Numbered from the stretch's first letter, positions 11,376 through 21,564 are shown. The stretch: DNA of 64,000 nucleotides from an uncultured Bacteroidales bacterium (GCA_964349765.1 CAYGGZ010000001.1:313282-377281); one strand, 5' to 3'. Translations and numbers: made by a program. Notes: generated from the letters alone by a model not told the origin.

Positions 11376-11418
11376 ACGGAAATGAAGGCATAAATCAAAA
11401 CAATCGAATTTTTTAATT

Positions 11419-12174
11419 ATGAAAATCAAACTCCGGATATGGCGTCAGAAGAACAGCAAATCAAAAGGCAGGTTCGATATCTATGAACTTGATGGCGTTT
11501 CGCCCGAAATGGGTTTTCTCGAAATGCTTGATGCCTTAAATCTAAAACTTGCTATCGAAGGCAAAAGTCCGGTAACATTCGACCATGATTGCCGCGAAGG
11601 AATATGTGGTTCGTGCGGATTGTACATCAACGGCCGCCCTCACGGCCCCGAACCCAAAACAACTACATGCGAACTTCGGATGCGTTCATTCAGCAATGGC
11701 GAAACCATTACTATTGAACCATGGCGGGCAAGAGCGTTTCCTGTGATAAAAGATCTGATTGTTGACCGCACTGCGTTTGACAAAATTATCATGGCAGGCG
11801 GCTACATCTCCGTTGATACTGCTTCGGCGCAGGAGGCCAACAACATTGCCGTGTGCAAGAATGTTTCTGATAAGGCATTCGATGCTGCAGTGTGCATAGG
11901 TTGCGGAGCTTGCGTGGCAGCTTGCAAAAACTCATCGGCAATGCTCTTTGTTGCTGCAAAAGTCTATCATCTTGCAATACTTCCACAGGGGAAAGCTGAG
12001 GCGAAAAAACGAGTACAAACAATGGCAGCCGAGATGGATGCATTAGGGTTTGGGAGTTGTTCGAACACATATGCCTGCGAGGCCGAATGCCCGAAGGGAA
12101 TATCGGTAGCTACCATTGCCCGTATGAACGCCGAATTTCTTACAGCCAAAATTATAACTCCCGAAACTGAGTAA
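11419..12174 (+). CDS. sdhB: Succinate dehydrogenase/fumarate reductase iron-sulfur subunit
   Basis: Three Cys clusters: [29 protein letters not shown]. Confidence 0.95.
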   Translation: MKIKLRIWRQKNSKSKGRFDIYELDGVSPEMGFLEMLDALNLKLAIEGKSPVTFDHDCREGICGSCGLYINGRPHGPEPKTTTCELRMRSFSNGETITIEPWRARAFPVIKDLIVDRTAFDKIIMAGGYISVDTASAQEANNIAVCKNVSDKAFDAAVCIGCGACVAACKNSSAMLFVAAKVYHLAILPQGKAEAKKRVQTMAAEMDALGFGSCSNTYACEAECPKGISVATIARMNAEFLTAKIITPETE

Positions 12175-12202
12175 AAGATCACGGATCGCATGAGTTTATT
12201 AA

Positions 12203-12236
12203 AAAACCATCCGCAGTGAAACTGAGGATGGTTTCT
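12203..12236 (+). terminator. Candidate intrinsic terminator after sdhB
   Basis: 8-bp stem AACCATCC (12205-12212) / GGATGGTT (12226-12233) followed by TTCT. The T-tract is weak. Confidence 0.5.
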
Positions 12237-12247
12237 ATCAAGGTGCC

Positions 12248-12465
12248 TTTAACCCGAATTAATCAATAGAAAGTCCGTTAGGGCTGAACTATTGATTCCA
12301 TGAGGGTAACCCCGATTTAGTATTTGAGGGTAATCCCGAGCTAGTGTTTGTTCAGCTCAATTTTTATTGTGCTGATTACAAACGCTTATTCGGGATTTAG
12401 CACAATTCTTATTGTTCTGATTACAAACACTTAATCGTTTAAGCATTGTCAAATGCTAAATCTGG
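12248..12465 (+). repeat. Rep1 family, expanded copy with nested internal duplications
   Basis: It has the same left arm as 6356-6398, plus the 9-bp stem AATCAATAG/CTATTGATT. It also has two tandem units of tgagggtaaYcccga, two units of about 30 bp (tattgtKctgattacaaacRctta), and the right-arm core attgtcaaatgct. Confidence 0.85.
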
Positions 12466-12610
12466 CATAAAAGCAAATTTGATTTTGGAGAATGAATCTG
12501 TTTTGGCTGCTGCAAAGGTAAGCCAGATTTTGCAAAAAACATCTAAATATTTAAGAAAATCAGATACAGATATAAAAATGGTATATGATGTATCTGGAGA
12601 AGTAGATGTG

Positions 12611-13045
12611 TTAATTATCAGCAGCGTCCCATTCCGCAAAAGAGGTGGTCGTTTCCCTGAGTTTTACATTTCTTAATGTGACATGAGTTGGAAGGATGTT
12701 TTTAAGAATTTCCACAAACTCCATGACCAGATTTTCGCTTGTTGGCTCTGAATGTAGCACAATGGTTTTTCCGAAAACACTATAGTTGGCAAATGGCGAG
12801 TTTGGACCAACAACAAATGCATGGTCGTATTTCGAAATTATTTCCTGTTGAACAATATCTTTGAACTGCTTAAAATCCATTACCATTCCGTTTGCAGGAT
12901 TGCCTTCCTGACGTAAGGGTTCTCCAGTTATAGTGATAAAAAGTTCATATGTATGCCCATGAATATTTTTGCAAGGGCCATTATGATCCTTTAAAGCATG
13001 TGCCATTTCAAAGTTAAAAACCTTTGTGATTCTGATTTTTGTCAT
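12611..13045 (-). CDS. queD: 6-carboxy-5,6,7,8-tetrahydropterin synthase / PTPS-family protein (QueD-like)
   Basis: 144 aa. FEMAHAL... and the GPCKNIHGHTYEL motif (Cys-x3-HGH) are typical of QueD/PTPS T-fold enzymes. Confidence 0.75.
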   Translation of the reverse strand: MTKIRITKVFNFEMAHALKDHNGPCKNIHGHTYELFITITGEPLRQEGNPANGMVMDFKQFKDIVQQEIISKYDHAFVVGPNSPFANYSVFGKTIVLHSEPTSENLVMEFVEILKNILPTHVTLRNVKLRETTTSFAEWDAADN

Positions 13046-13050
13046 GATGA

Positions 13051-13635
13051 TCAGGAAATGTGTTGTGCAAAAATTCGTATGCCAATTATTATCAGTAAAA
13101 GCCCACCCACAAATTCGGCTTTATTTCCAAGAAAGCGGAAACCATTTTTGATGCCCAAAACAAAGCCAACGAAGGAAACAAGAATTGTTACAATCCCGAT
13201 AATTATTACCGGCAGCAATACCGGTCTTTCGAGAAAGCCAAGTCCCATGCCCACAACCAGTGAATCAATACTTATGGCTACCGAAAGCACTAATAATACT
13301 GCAAATCGTTCAATATTAAAGGAACGCTTTTCGGGATGAACCTTGACAGATTCCCATATCATCTTGCTACCTATAGACAGTAAAAGAACAAAAGCCACCC
13401 AATGATCGAACCGTTCAACCAACTCCTTGAATGATTGGCTAAGCAACCATCCCAGAGCAGCAAATAATGAATGGAAAAAGCCGAAAACAAACGCTGCGCG
13501 GAGTATTTGCGGCCATGTCAAACGCCTCGCCGATAGGCTTCCGGCAATAGCAACAGCAAAGGAATCCATGGATAAGCTAATTGCAATGAATAGAATTTCG
13601 AGATAGTACACCTGTGCGGAAGTTTTACCCCGCAA
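13051..13635 (-). CDS. mntP: Manganese efflux pump MntP family protein
   Basis: Two DUF204-type half repeats (LSMDSFAVAIAG and AISIDSLVVGMG) in about six hydrophobic helices. The track start is a TTG. A GTG near 13614 is an alternative start. Confidence 0.75.
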   Translation of the reverse strand: MRGKTSAQVYYLEILFIAISLSMDSFAVAIAGSLSARRLTWPQILRAAFVFGFFHSLFAALGWLLSQSFKELVERFDHWVAFVLLLSIGSKMIWESVKVHPEKRSFNIERFAVLLVLSVAISIDSLVVGMGLGFLERPVLLPVIIIGIVTILVSFVGFVLGIKNGFRFLGNKAEFVGGLLLIIIGIRIFAQHIS

Positions 13636-13710
13636 AAATAGAATTAATAGCTTTTTGAGTTAATATTAACTCCAATAATCAGCGTAGGCTCACAACTCTG
13701 AACAGAATGA

Positions 13711-13810
13711 TTTAACCACGGCTAAGCATTTGACAATACTTAATCGGGGTTACCCTCATAGAATCAATAGTGCAGCCCTAACGGACTTTCTATTGATTAA
13801 TCCGGTTTAA
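13711..13810 (-). repeat. Rep1 family, about 100-bp copy in inverted orientation relative to 12248-12465
   Basis: The reverse complement reads aaaccggattaatcaatagaaagtccgttagggctgcactattgattctatgagggtaaccccgattaagtattgtcaaatgcttagccgtggttaaa. This is nearly identical to the arms of the 12248 copy. Confidence 0.85.
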
Positions 13811-13871
13811 TTGAGTTAAGCCCGATTTGTAAAAATGCTTCAACCTAGCACTGTGTGAATTTTATTAGGAT

Positions 13872-15545
13872 TTAATCCTGTCTTAATAATTTTCCGTTTG
13901 CAATACGTTCTCCGTTGAGCAGTACGTGATACAGATACATCCCTGCGGGCATGTTATTGCTGCGGATTATGAATGAGTCGGCCTGGCGAAGTAAGGTTGC
14001 ATGAATCTGTTTCCCGAGCAGGTCGTATATTCGAAGTTCAAGGTTATCTGTTTGTGTAGATGGCAGATTCGCTATACGCAATATTGCAGTTTCGCTGAAG
14101 GGATTTGGGTAAATATAAACCCGTGGTTCGTTTTCGGTTGTTAATTCCTGAACCGAGGTTAGAATGCAGATAATTTCTGCTGCTCCTCCGCTGCCGCTGA
14201 TTCCACCTGCACCGCTTGTTCCGCCGATGCCTACTGCGCCCCCTGTAATATTGGAAACGCCGCCCGAACCGCTGGTACCACCAGTCCCTTGATTGGCACA
14301 GGTATTGCCGCTGCCGTCTAATTTAACAATAAACATGTCGTAATCGCCTGCTCCGAAGGAAAGTGTAGCACCCGATATTGCAAAGCCGCCATCAGTAGTT
14401 TGCACAATGCCCAATCCCATATCATCTTCTAAACCACCTACTGTTCGAGTCCATTGAAGCGTGCCATTGGCGTCAAGTTTAACGATATAAAAGTCGTAAA
14501 AGCCTGCTCCGAACGATTCGGTATAGCCTGAAATTGCAATGCCACCATCAGTAGTTTGCACAATGCCAAATCCACTATCATGCCCTATACCACCTATTGT
14601 TCGAGACCATTGAAGCATTCCCCCGGCGTCTAATTTAACGATATAAGTGTCACCTCCACCTGCTCCGAAGGAATCTGTGGAACCAGCTATTGCAAAACCG
14701 CCATCTGAGGTCTGAATTATTGTGTAGGCATCTTCCCATTCTATTCCTCCTATGGTTCGGGTCCACAGCAAGGTTCCGTTGCTGTCTAACTTAACAACAT
14801 AAATGTCGGTTGCGCCTGCACCGAACGAGTATGTATAGCCAGTTATGGCAAACCCTCCATCAGTAGTTTGAATAATACTGGTTGCTTCATCCAACTCTGT
14901 GCCGCCAACAGTTCGTGTCCATTGAAGTATCCCTGCGGCGTCAAGTTTAACGATATAAAAGTCACCTCCACCTGCTCCGAACGAGTCGGTATAACCAGCT
15001 ACTGCATAGCCACCATCTGTAGTTTGAACTATACTGTATGCCCATTCATCCAATTCACCGCCTACGGTTCGGGTCCATTGCACAATTCCGTTGCTGTCTA
15101 ATTTAACCACATAAAAGTCGCCCCAGCCTGCTCCGAAGGAATCGGTATCTCCAGCAACGGCAAAGCCGCCATCGGTTGTTTGAATTATACTTGATGCCCA
15201 TTCAATATCTGTTCCACCAACTGTACGGCTCCATTCAATGACTCCACTACCGTCGGCTTTGACAATATAAAAGTCCTCGTATCCTGCTCCAAAAAAATCT
15301 GTAGCACCAGATATCGCATAACCTCCGCATGAAGTTTGAACAATGCTGAAACCAATATCCAATCCTGCCCCGCCTATAGCAGTTTGAAACTGGGATTGTG
15401 CAAACCCACCCGAGGCAGTCAAAAATCCGCTCAACAGGAGAAAAAGAAACCATCTAAGGTGACGAAGAAAGCGCATCCGGAACGCAGCCAACCTAACAGC
15501 GTGGCTGACTGGTTGTTGGAGAACAAAGAGTTTTGTGATTTTCAT
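13872..15545 (-). CDS. Secreted repeat protein (seven beta-propeller-like repeats of about 48 aa) with a T9SS C-terminal sorting domain
   Basis: The repeat unit is GGxxxDxxxSIIQTTDGGFAxxGxTDSFGAGxxDFYIVKLDxxGxxQWxRT, present seven times. A Gly/Ser-rich linker follows, then the C-terminus ...YIYPNPFSETAILRI...LRIYDLLGKQI...MPAGMYLYHVLLNGERIANGKLL, typical of type A Por sorting domains. An alternative ATG at 15476 gives a cleaner signal peptide (MRFLRHLRWFLFLLLSGFLTASG). Confidence 0.8.
   Translation of the reverse strand: MKITKLFVLQQPVSHAVRLAAFRMRFLRHLRWFLFLLLSGFLTASGGFAQSQFQTAIGGAGLDIGFSIVQTSCGGYAISGATDFFGAGYEDFYIVKADGSGVIEWSRTVGGTDIEWASSIIQTTDGGFAVAGDTDSFGAGWGDFYVVKLDSNGIVQWTRTVGGELDEWAYSIVQTTDGGYAVAGYTDSFGAGGGDFYIVKLDAAGILQWTRTVGGTELDEATSIIQTTDGGFAITGYTYSFGAGATDIYVVKLDSNGTLLWTRTIGGIEWEDAYTIIQTSDGGFAIAGSTDSFGAGGGDTYIVKLDAGGMLQWSRTIGGIGHDSGFGIVQTTDGGIAISGYTESFGAGFYDFYIVKLDANGTLQWTRTVGGLEDDMGLGIVQTTDGGFAISGATLSFGAGDYDMFIVKLDGSGNTCANQGTGGTSGSGGVSNITGGAVGIGGTSGAGGISGSGGAAEIICILTSVQELTTENEPRVYIYPNPFSETAILRIANLPSTQTDNLELRIYDLLGKQIHATLLRQADSFIIRSNNMPAGMYLYHVLLNGERIANGKLLRQD
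14360..15385 (-). repeat. In-frame tandem coding repeats (7 units of about 144 bp) inside the T9SS cargo gene
   Basis: The IVKLD/VVKLD/IVKAD landmarks recur seven times in the translation at regular spacing of about 48 aa. Coordinates are approximate. Confidence 0.75.
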
Positions 15546-15865
15546 GGTTTCGATGTTTAAAATTTAAATTTTGCAACAAATTTACTTAAAATAGAGGAGA
15601 TTCATACATACAATCTATAGCAACAGATGGCCGCAGCCTGATTTTGATGTGCTAACACGTACTTTGCTCAATGCTTAGATAATTAGCCCTAACAATTTTG
15701 ATACGGGTCTGCAGCTTCGAAGTGTATAAACATACAACATTTTATACATTCTTAGCGCATTCAGATGAGTTGTTTTTACCGGTTGCCTTGGAGCAGGCTG
15801 GTGAGTTTGTTTGTATCCACCCTGAAGGATGGATTAGCCAGGTGGGTACAGAAAGTTAGGATGGA

Positions 15866-17749
15866 TTAAATCATCTCTTTCACTGCACGGTAAATTCCTT
15901 CCGGGTCGTAACCGCATTCGCGCTGAAGTTCTTCAACTGTTCCTTGTTCAATAAAGCGGTCGGGGATGCCAAGGCGGCGGATTGTAGCGTGGTAGCCGTT
16001 ATCGGTCATGAACTCGGTTAAAGCGCTTCCAAGTCCGCCAATAATGGTTCCATCTTCCACTGAGATAATCTTTGTGTAGTTTCGGAAGATTTCGTGCAGC
16101 AGATCTTCATCTAAAGGTTTCAGGAAGCGCACATCGTAATGGGCAGGTTCGATGTTTTCGCTTTGGAGTTGGTTCCAGATTGTGTTGACATGATTTCCAA
16201 CATGCCCGATTGTAACGATGGCTATAGCCTTACCGTCGCGGAGCTTACGTCCTTTTCCTGGTTGCAGAAGCTGAAAAGGTTTTTTCCAGTCGGACATCAC
16301 ACCTCTTCCTTTTGGGTAGCGGATTGCAAACGGGCCAACATTGCTGTGTTGTGCGGTATACATCATGTTTCGCAGCTCCTCTTCGTTCATTGGGGCAGCT
16401 ATTGTCATATTGGGGATAGTTCTTAGGTAGGCAAGGTCGTAGGCGCCGTGGTGCGTAGCGCCGTCTTCGCCCACAAGGCCGCCACGGTCGAGACAAAACA
16501 CCACATGCATTTTTTGAAGGGCTACATCGTGAATAATCTGATCGTATGCCCGTTGTGCGAAGCTTGAGTAGATATTACAAAATGGGAGCAGTCCTCCGGC
16601 GGCTAATCCTGCTGAAAAAGTTACTGCATGTTGTTCGGCTATTCCCACGTCGAATACCCTGTTGGGCATTTTGGCCATCATGAAAGTGAGCGAACAGCCG
16701 GTGAGCATGGCTGGTGTGATAGCAACAATACGGGGATTGGCTTCGGCCAGTTCGAGAATGGTTTTTCCGAACACCACCTGATATTTGGAGGCCATATTTG
16801 CACATGGCGTTTCGATGATATTGCCAGTGTTTTTGTCGAAATATCCCGGAGCGTGAAAAGTGGTCTGATCTTTTTCGGCATGGGCAAAGCCTTTGCCTTT
16901 ACGAGTGATAAGATGCAGCAGTTTTGGTCCGGGAATTTTTTTCAGGTCGTTTAGAAGCTTTACCAGTCGCACTACATCGTGTCCATCAACTGGGCCAAAA
17001 TAGCGGAAATTATAGGCTTCGAACAGGTTACTGCTTTCGAGCAATGTTGTTTTAAGTGCATTACCAATCTGTTTTATGATGGCTCGTGAGTTTTGCCCGT
17101 AGCGGCTTTTGCCTCCGAGGGCAACCCACAATCTGTCGCGTAGCCTGTTGTAGAGTCGGGAGCTAACAATTTTGGTAAGGTACTCCTTGATTGCTCCGAT
17201 ATTGCTATCAATGGCAATGCCATTGTCGTTTAGGATAACAAGCATGTTGGTTTTGGCTACACCGGCATTATTAAGAGCTTCGAGTGCCATGCCTCCAGTC
17301 ATTGCTCCATCACCGATAATTGCCACATGATGTCGTTCAGGTTCTTGTAGCAAAGCTGCTGCCACAGCCATTCCCAGTGAGGCGGAAATGGAAGTTGAGG
17401 AGTGTCCGGTTCCAAAAGAATCGTATTGGCTTTCGCTGATTTTCGGGAAGCCGCTTATTCCTTTATACATCCTGTTGGTGTGAAACTGGTCGCGGCGTCC
17501 GGTGAGTATCTTGTGTGCATATGCCTGATGGCCAACGTCCCAAACAAGTCGATCGTAGGGAGTGTTAAAAGCATAGTGCAGTGCTACAGTGAGTTCAACA
17601 ACGCCGAGGCTTGCGCCAAGATGGCCAGGATTTGTTGACACTGAGTCAATAATAAACCTGCGCAGTTCGTGGCACAGTGCAGCGAGCTGTGCTTCTGACA
17701 GTTTCCGTAGGTCGGCAGGAGAATTGATTGAAGAAAGACGTTCGTACAT
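15866..17749 (-). CDS. dxs: 1-deoxy-D-xylulose-5-phosphate synthase
   Basis: 627 aa. GHSSTSISA, ThDP motif GDGAMTGGMALEALNN, transketolase-like C-terminal domains. Confidence 0.95.
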   Translation of the reverse strand: MYERLSSINSPADLRKLSEAQLAALCHELRRFIIDSVSTNPGHLGASLGVVELTVALHYAFNTPYDRLVWDVGHQAYAHKILTGRRDQFHTNRMYKGISGFPKISESQYDSFGTGHSSTSISASLGMAVAAALLQEPERHHVAIIGDGAMTGGMALEALNNAGVAKTNMLVILNDNGIAIDSNIGAIKEYLTKIVSSRLYNRLRDRLWVALGGKSRYGQNSRAIIKQIGNALKTTLLESSNLFEAYNFRYFGPVDGHDVVRLVKLLNDLKKIPGPKLLHLITRKGKGFAHAEKDQTTFHAPGYFDKNTGNIIETPCANMASKYQVVFGKTILELAEANPRIVAITPAMLTGCSLTFMMAKMPNRVFDVGIAEQHAVTFSAGLAAGGLLPFCNIYSSFAQRAYDQIIHDVALQKMHVVFCLDRGGLVGEDGATHHGAYDLAYLRTIPNMTIAAPMNEEELRNMMYTAQHSNVGPFAIRYPKGRGVMSDWKKPFQLLQPGKGRKLRDGKAIAIVTIGHVGNHVNTIWNQLQSENIEPAHYDVRFLKPLDEDLLHEIFRNYTKIISVEDGTIIGGLGSALTEFMTDNGYHATIRRLGIPDRFIEQGTVEELQRECGYDPEGIYRAVKEMI

Positions 17750-17888
17750 ACCTTACGCTTGAAAAAATAATTATTGAAGGAGGTGCAAAAGTAAAACAAT
17801 CAAACAGAGGAAGGCAAGACCCGATAACTTGCAACAGCCCATTGATTAAACATATATTTAGATAACTGGTTCAAAGATGCGATTTAAA

Positions 17889-18812
17889 TTATGTTTCGAT
17901 TTTATCCTTCAGCGACCTGAATCCTTCTCCAAGTATTTCTTGAGCATTAACAACCGTAACGAATGCTTTTGGGTCTACCTGGTGGATAAATTCCTGTAGT
18001 ATTGCCACCTCTCGTCGGTTCACAACAGTAAAGATTATGGTTTTTTCTGCCCCGTTAAACATCCCTTTTCCGGCTATAAACGTACCTCCGCGGTTAAGGT
18101 CCTCAATGATTTTAAGGCGGATTTGTTCATATTGATCAGAGATAATGAACAGGGTCTTGTCGTAGCTGATACCCTGCATTGTAACGTCAACTACTTTTCC
18201 GGTTATGAAGATTACAATCCAGGAGTACAGAGGAATGCGCCAGTCGCCGAAAGCTGCCAATCCAACCAGAACGATCACCGAATCAATATAAATAATCAGT
18301 TGCCCTATTGGCAGACGGGTATATTTAGCAAATATCATTGCAATGATGTCGCTTCCGCCTGAGGTTGCTTTAGCATTGAAAATCAGCCCTAAACCAAATC
18401 CTATCAATACTCCCCCAAAGATTGCAGAAAGCAACGGATCGCCTTCGACAAGCGCATGATCACCACGAATCAAAGTGATACCATCCATAAAGGCTGAGGT
18501 GAGAAAGAACCCGATAATTGTTTTGATGCCAAAAAGAGGGCCGAGTATTTTAATTCCAATTATCGTGAGAGGAATATTTAAGATAAGACCCATAAGGCCG
18601 ATCGGAAAACCATTGGGCGCCCAGGAAAACATCCCCTCGGTTAGGAAATGGATCACAATAGAAACCCCATAAACTCCACCTGGTACTATTTTGTGAGGGG
18701 TGATAAACAGCACAAAACCGGAAGCAAGTATTAATGAACCTACTAACATTAGGCTGTAATTCAGGAACCATTTTTTTGAAAACGGAAGCTCTTTATGTGT
18801 TATTTTGCTCAT
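17889..18812 (-). CDS. YitT family membrane protein (DUF2179 C-terminal domain)
   Basis: The ATG at 18812 (MSKITHKELPFSKKWFLNYSL...) gives about 307 aa with multiple TM helices and a soluble C-terminal domain. The longer track ORF to 19025 would overlap the divergent porP-like gene. Confidence 0.75.
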   Translation of the reverse strand: MSKITHKELPFSKKWFLNYSLMLVGSLILASGFVLFITPHKIVPGGVYGVSIVIHFLTEGMFSWAPNGFPIGLMGLILNIPLTIIGIKILGPLFGIKTIIGFFLTSAFMDGITLIRGDHALVEGDPLLSAIFGGVLIGFGLGLIFNAKATSGGSDIIAMIFAKYTRLPIGQLIIYIDSVIVLVGLAAFGDWRIPLYSWIVIFITGKVVDVTMQGISYDKTLFIISDQYEQIRLKIIEDLNRGGTFIAGKGMFNGAEKTIIFTVVNRREVAILQEFIHQVDPKAFVTVVNAQEILGEGFRSLKDKIET

Positions 18813-19019
18813 AATTAGCGTATTAGATTTCGAACGTGATTTGGTTGCAAAGATAGACACATTTATTGTGAAGGTAATTTGATAAAATAAATCGCGCGCT
18901 TTTGTGTTTACTGTTGAACCTTGGCGTGTCGGGTTAAAATAGATTGAGTACATGAAATTTCGTATAATTGCGGCACTTTTTGGGACTACATTACACAAAA
19001 AGTTAAGAATATACTCCGG

Positions 19020-19988
19020 ATGCATCGAATGCGCAACCTTTTAAGAGGCCTTATCGGTATTACCTTGCTAGTTACCGCCATGTTGGTTTATTCCCAACAA
19101 GAGCCTCAGTTTAGCCACAATATGTTTAATCATGTGTTGGTAAATCCTGGTTTTGCCGGAATGAACGATGCAATAAGCGCTACCGGGATTGTTAGGCAGC
19201 AGTGGGTTGGGCTTCGTGATGCCGAGGACAACAACATTTCTCCCGAAACCTTCCTTCTATCTGTTGATGCAACTGTTCCGTTACTACGCGGGGGCATAGG
19301 TGGCACCATATTGCAGGACCAGATTGGTTTCTTTACCATCAACGGGTTTAAGATTGGATATTCCTATCATCACAGGACTCCGAAGGGCAGGTTAGGCATT
19401 GGATTGCAGGTGGGACTGCTCAATCATCAACTCGACGGAACAAGATTTAACCCTGTGAGCGGAGCCGACCCGATTCTCAATCAATTGCAGGGAGGAGAAT
19501 TGAGCAACATGATGGCGGATTTTAGCGCTGGGGTATTTTATGAGGTTCAAGGGCAGTTTTATGTAGGCCTTTCTTCCTCAAGAATTATGCAAACAAGCAG
19601 CCAGATAGGTGAGGGCGAAGATGCACGTGTAAACTTCCGGCGACATTATTATTTAACTGGTGGGTATCAGTTTCCTTTTCCTGGCAACAACGATTACCAG
19701 GTGCTGCCTTCAGTATTTATCAAAAGCGATGGCAGCTCAGTGCAGTTCGACCTTAACACATCAGTTGTTTATAAAGAACGTTTTTGGGGCGGGATGAGTT
19801 ATCGCCACCAGGATGCTATTGTAATGCTTGTAGGATTGACACTTAATGAGTTGAAGATAGGTTACTCTTACGACATTCCCCTATCAGCCATTGGAGGCTT
19901 TGGTAGCCACGAGATAATGGTTAACTACAGTTTTAAACTGGAATTAGAAAAAGAGCGAAAAAGTTTTAGGAATACTCGTTTTTTGTAA
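19020..19988 (+). CDS. porP: Type IX secretion system membrane protein, PorP/SprF family
   Basis: Signal peptide followed by QQEPQFSHNMFNHVLVNPGFAG, the characteristic PorP/SprF N-terminal motif. It lies directly upstream of gldK-N as in porPKLMN clusters. The start could be 19029. Confidence 0.8.
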   Translation: MHRMRNLLRGLIGITLLVTAMLVYSQQEPQFSHNMFNHVLVNPGFAGMNDAISATGIVRQQWVGLRDAEDNNISPETFLLSVDATVPLLRGGIGGTILQDQIGFFTINGFKIGYSYHHRTPKGRLGIGLQVGLLNHQLDGTRFNPVSGADPILNQLQGGELSNMMADFSAGVFYEVQGQFYVGLSSSRIMQTSSQIGEGEDARVNFRRHYYLTGGYQFPFPGNNDYQVLPSVFIKSDGSSVQFDLNTSVVYKERFWGGMSYRHQDAIVMLVGLTLNELKIGYSYDIPLSAIGGFGSHEIMVNYSFKLELEKERKSFRNTRFL

Positions 19989-20214
19989 TAGTTGTTTTTA
20001 TACCTTTGGAGGCTCATTTAAAAAATAATAAAAGCAGCGGGTTTCCGTTAATTGCATGGTGATCGTAAAAGTTGATGCTTGCAAATTTGAATTAAAACTC
20101 CTTAGTAAACATGACTACAACAACCGATTGCCGGGAATATGTAATTTTTACAAAACCTACAAGCATACACGAAGTTAAATAATTGATTGCGTTTAAGCAA
20201 GACCAATAACACAC

Positions 20215-21564
20215 ATGAAAAGAACAATCGTATATCTAATTAGCTTACTAGTTATTGCTGGTTGTGGCAGTTCCGGAAAAGGCGAATTGGTTGGTGTGGA
20301 GAGGCGTCCACGTTTTTATCAACCTTCTCCCTTTGGGATGGCTTATATCCCTATGGGTAGTTTTACAATGGGCGTTGGCGACGAGGATATTCTTGCTTCA
20401 TTTTCTCATCAGCCGCGTACTGTTTCGGTTTCGGCATTTTTTATGGACGAAACCGAGATCACAAATAATGAATACCGGCAGTTTGTGTTCTGGGTTCGAG
20501 ATTCCATTGCGCGCACACTGCTTGGAGAGGCCATGCCTGAGGAGTACCTTATTGAACAAAACAGGGAAACAGGCGAACTATTCGATCCGCCACTGCTTAA
20601 CTGGGACAGGCCGATAAGGTGGAATGATGCTGAAGAGCGTGAAATCCTTGAGGAAATGTATCTGCCCGAGCATGAACGCTATTTCCGTCGAAAGGAAATA
20701 GACACCCGTAAACTTTTTTACGAATACTTCTGGGTTGATTTACGGGCTGCTGCTTCAAAGAATTTTCAAGGCGGCAATCCGGATGATGCTTCCTTTGCCA
20801 ACCGCCCGCAGCGCGATCGCTCGGTGTATGTTCGCAGAGACGTTATAAATGTATATCCTGACACTCTGGTGTGGATTCACGATTATGCATATTCTTTCAA
20901 CGATCCTCTTACTGAGGAATATTTCTGGCATCCTGCGTACGATCACTATCCGGTGGTTGGTGTAAACTGGCGTCAGGCCAGGGCTTTTGCCATCTGGCGT
21001 ACACAATTGCTCAGCAGTTATCTTGCTGGCCGACAGCAGGCTGTGGCTATGGATTTCAGGCTTCCTACCGAAGCTGAATGGGAGTGGGCTGCACGTGGCG
21101 GAAACACCCTTAGTCCTTTTCCTTGGGGCGGTCCTTACACGCGAAATGAAAAAGGATGCTTTCTGGCTAACTTCAAGCCAATGCGGGGGGATTACGCTAG
21201 CGATGGAGGTTTGACAACTCTCATTGTTGCTCATTACCCTCCAAACGATTTTGGGTTGTTCGACATGTCAGGCAATGTTGCAGAATGGACTAATGATGCA
21301 TTTCATGAATCGGCAGTGAACTTTATGTGGGATCTGAACCCTTCATTTACTTACAATGCTGTTGATACCGACCCACCAGTGCTGAAACGTAAGGTGGTGA
21401 GAGGCGGATCGTGGAAAGATATCGCATACTTTCTGCAAACTAATGTACGTACTTATGAATACCAGGACACTGCTAAATCTTACATCGGATTCCGCTGCGT
21501 TCAGGGATTCCTTGGCCGTCAAATGGGTGACAACCCCCGAAGGGCGTCACGAATTTATAATTAA
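20215..21564 (+). CDS. gldK: T9SS/gliding motility lipoprotein GldK (PorK)
   Basis: Lipoprotein signal LLVIAGC. SUMF1/FGE-type fold (GVNWRQARAFAIW..., RGGSWKD). It is first of gldKLMN. Confidence 0.9.
   Translation: MKRTIVYLISLLVIAGCGSSGKGELVGVERRPRFYQPSPFGMAYIPMGSFTMGVGDEDILASFSHQPRTVSVSAFFMDETEITNNEYRQFVFWVRDSIARTLLGEAMPEEYLIEQNRETGELFDPPLLNWDRPIRWNDAEEREILEEMYLPEHERYFRRKEIDTRKLFYEYFWVDLRAAASKNFQGGNPDDASFANRPQRDRSVYVRRDVINVYPDTLVWIHDYAYSFNDPLTEEYFWHPAYDHYPVVGVNWRQARAFAIWRTQLLSSYLAGRQQAVAMDFRLPTEAEWEWAARGGNTLSPFPWGGPYTRNEKGCFLANFKPMRGDYASDGGLTTLIVAHYPPNDFGLFDMSGNVAEWTNDAFHESAVNFMWDLNPSFTYNAVDTDPPVLKRKVVRGGSWKDIAYFLQTNVRTYEYQDTAKSYIGFRCVQGFLGRQMGDNPRRASRIYN

Noticed and set aside
12446-12676. 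76-aa ORF (and the 66-aa minus-strand ORF 12439-12639) next to queD
   Set aside because: Both start inside the Rep1 repeat and run into the 3' end of queD. They have no motifs and are probably artefacts of A+T-rich repeat sequence.
13636-13871. Expected yybP-ykoY manganese riboswitch upstream of mntP
   Set aside because: I could not recognise the conserved riboswitch core in the minus-strand leader. The region is largely occupied by a Rep1 copy. An Rfam scan would be needed to exclude it formally.
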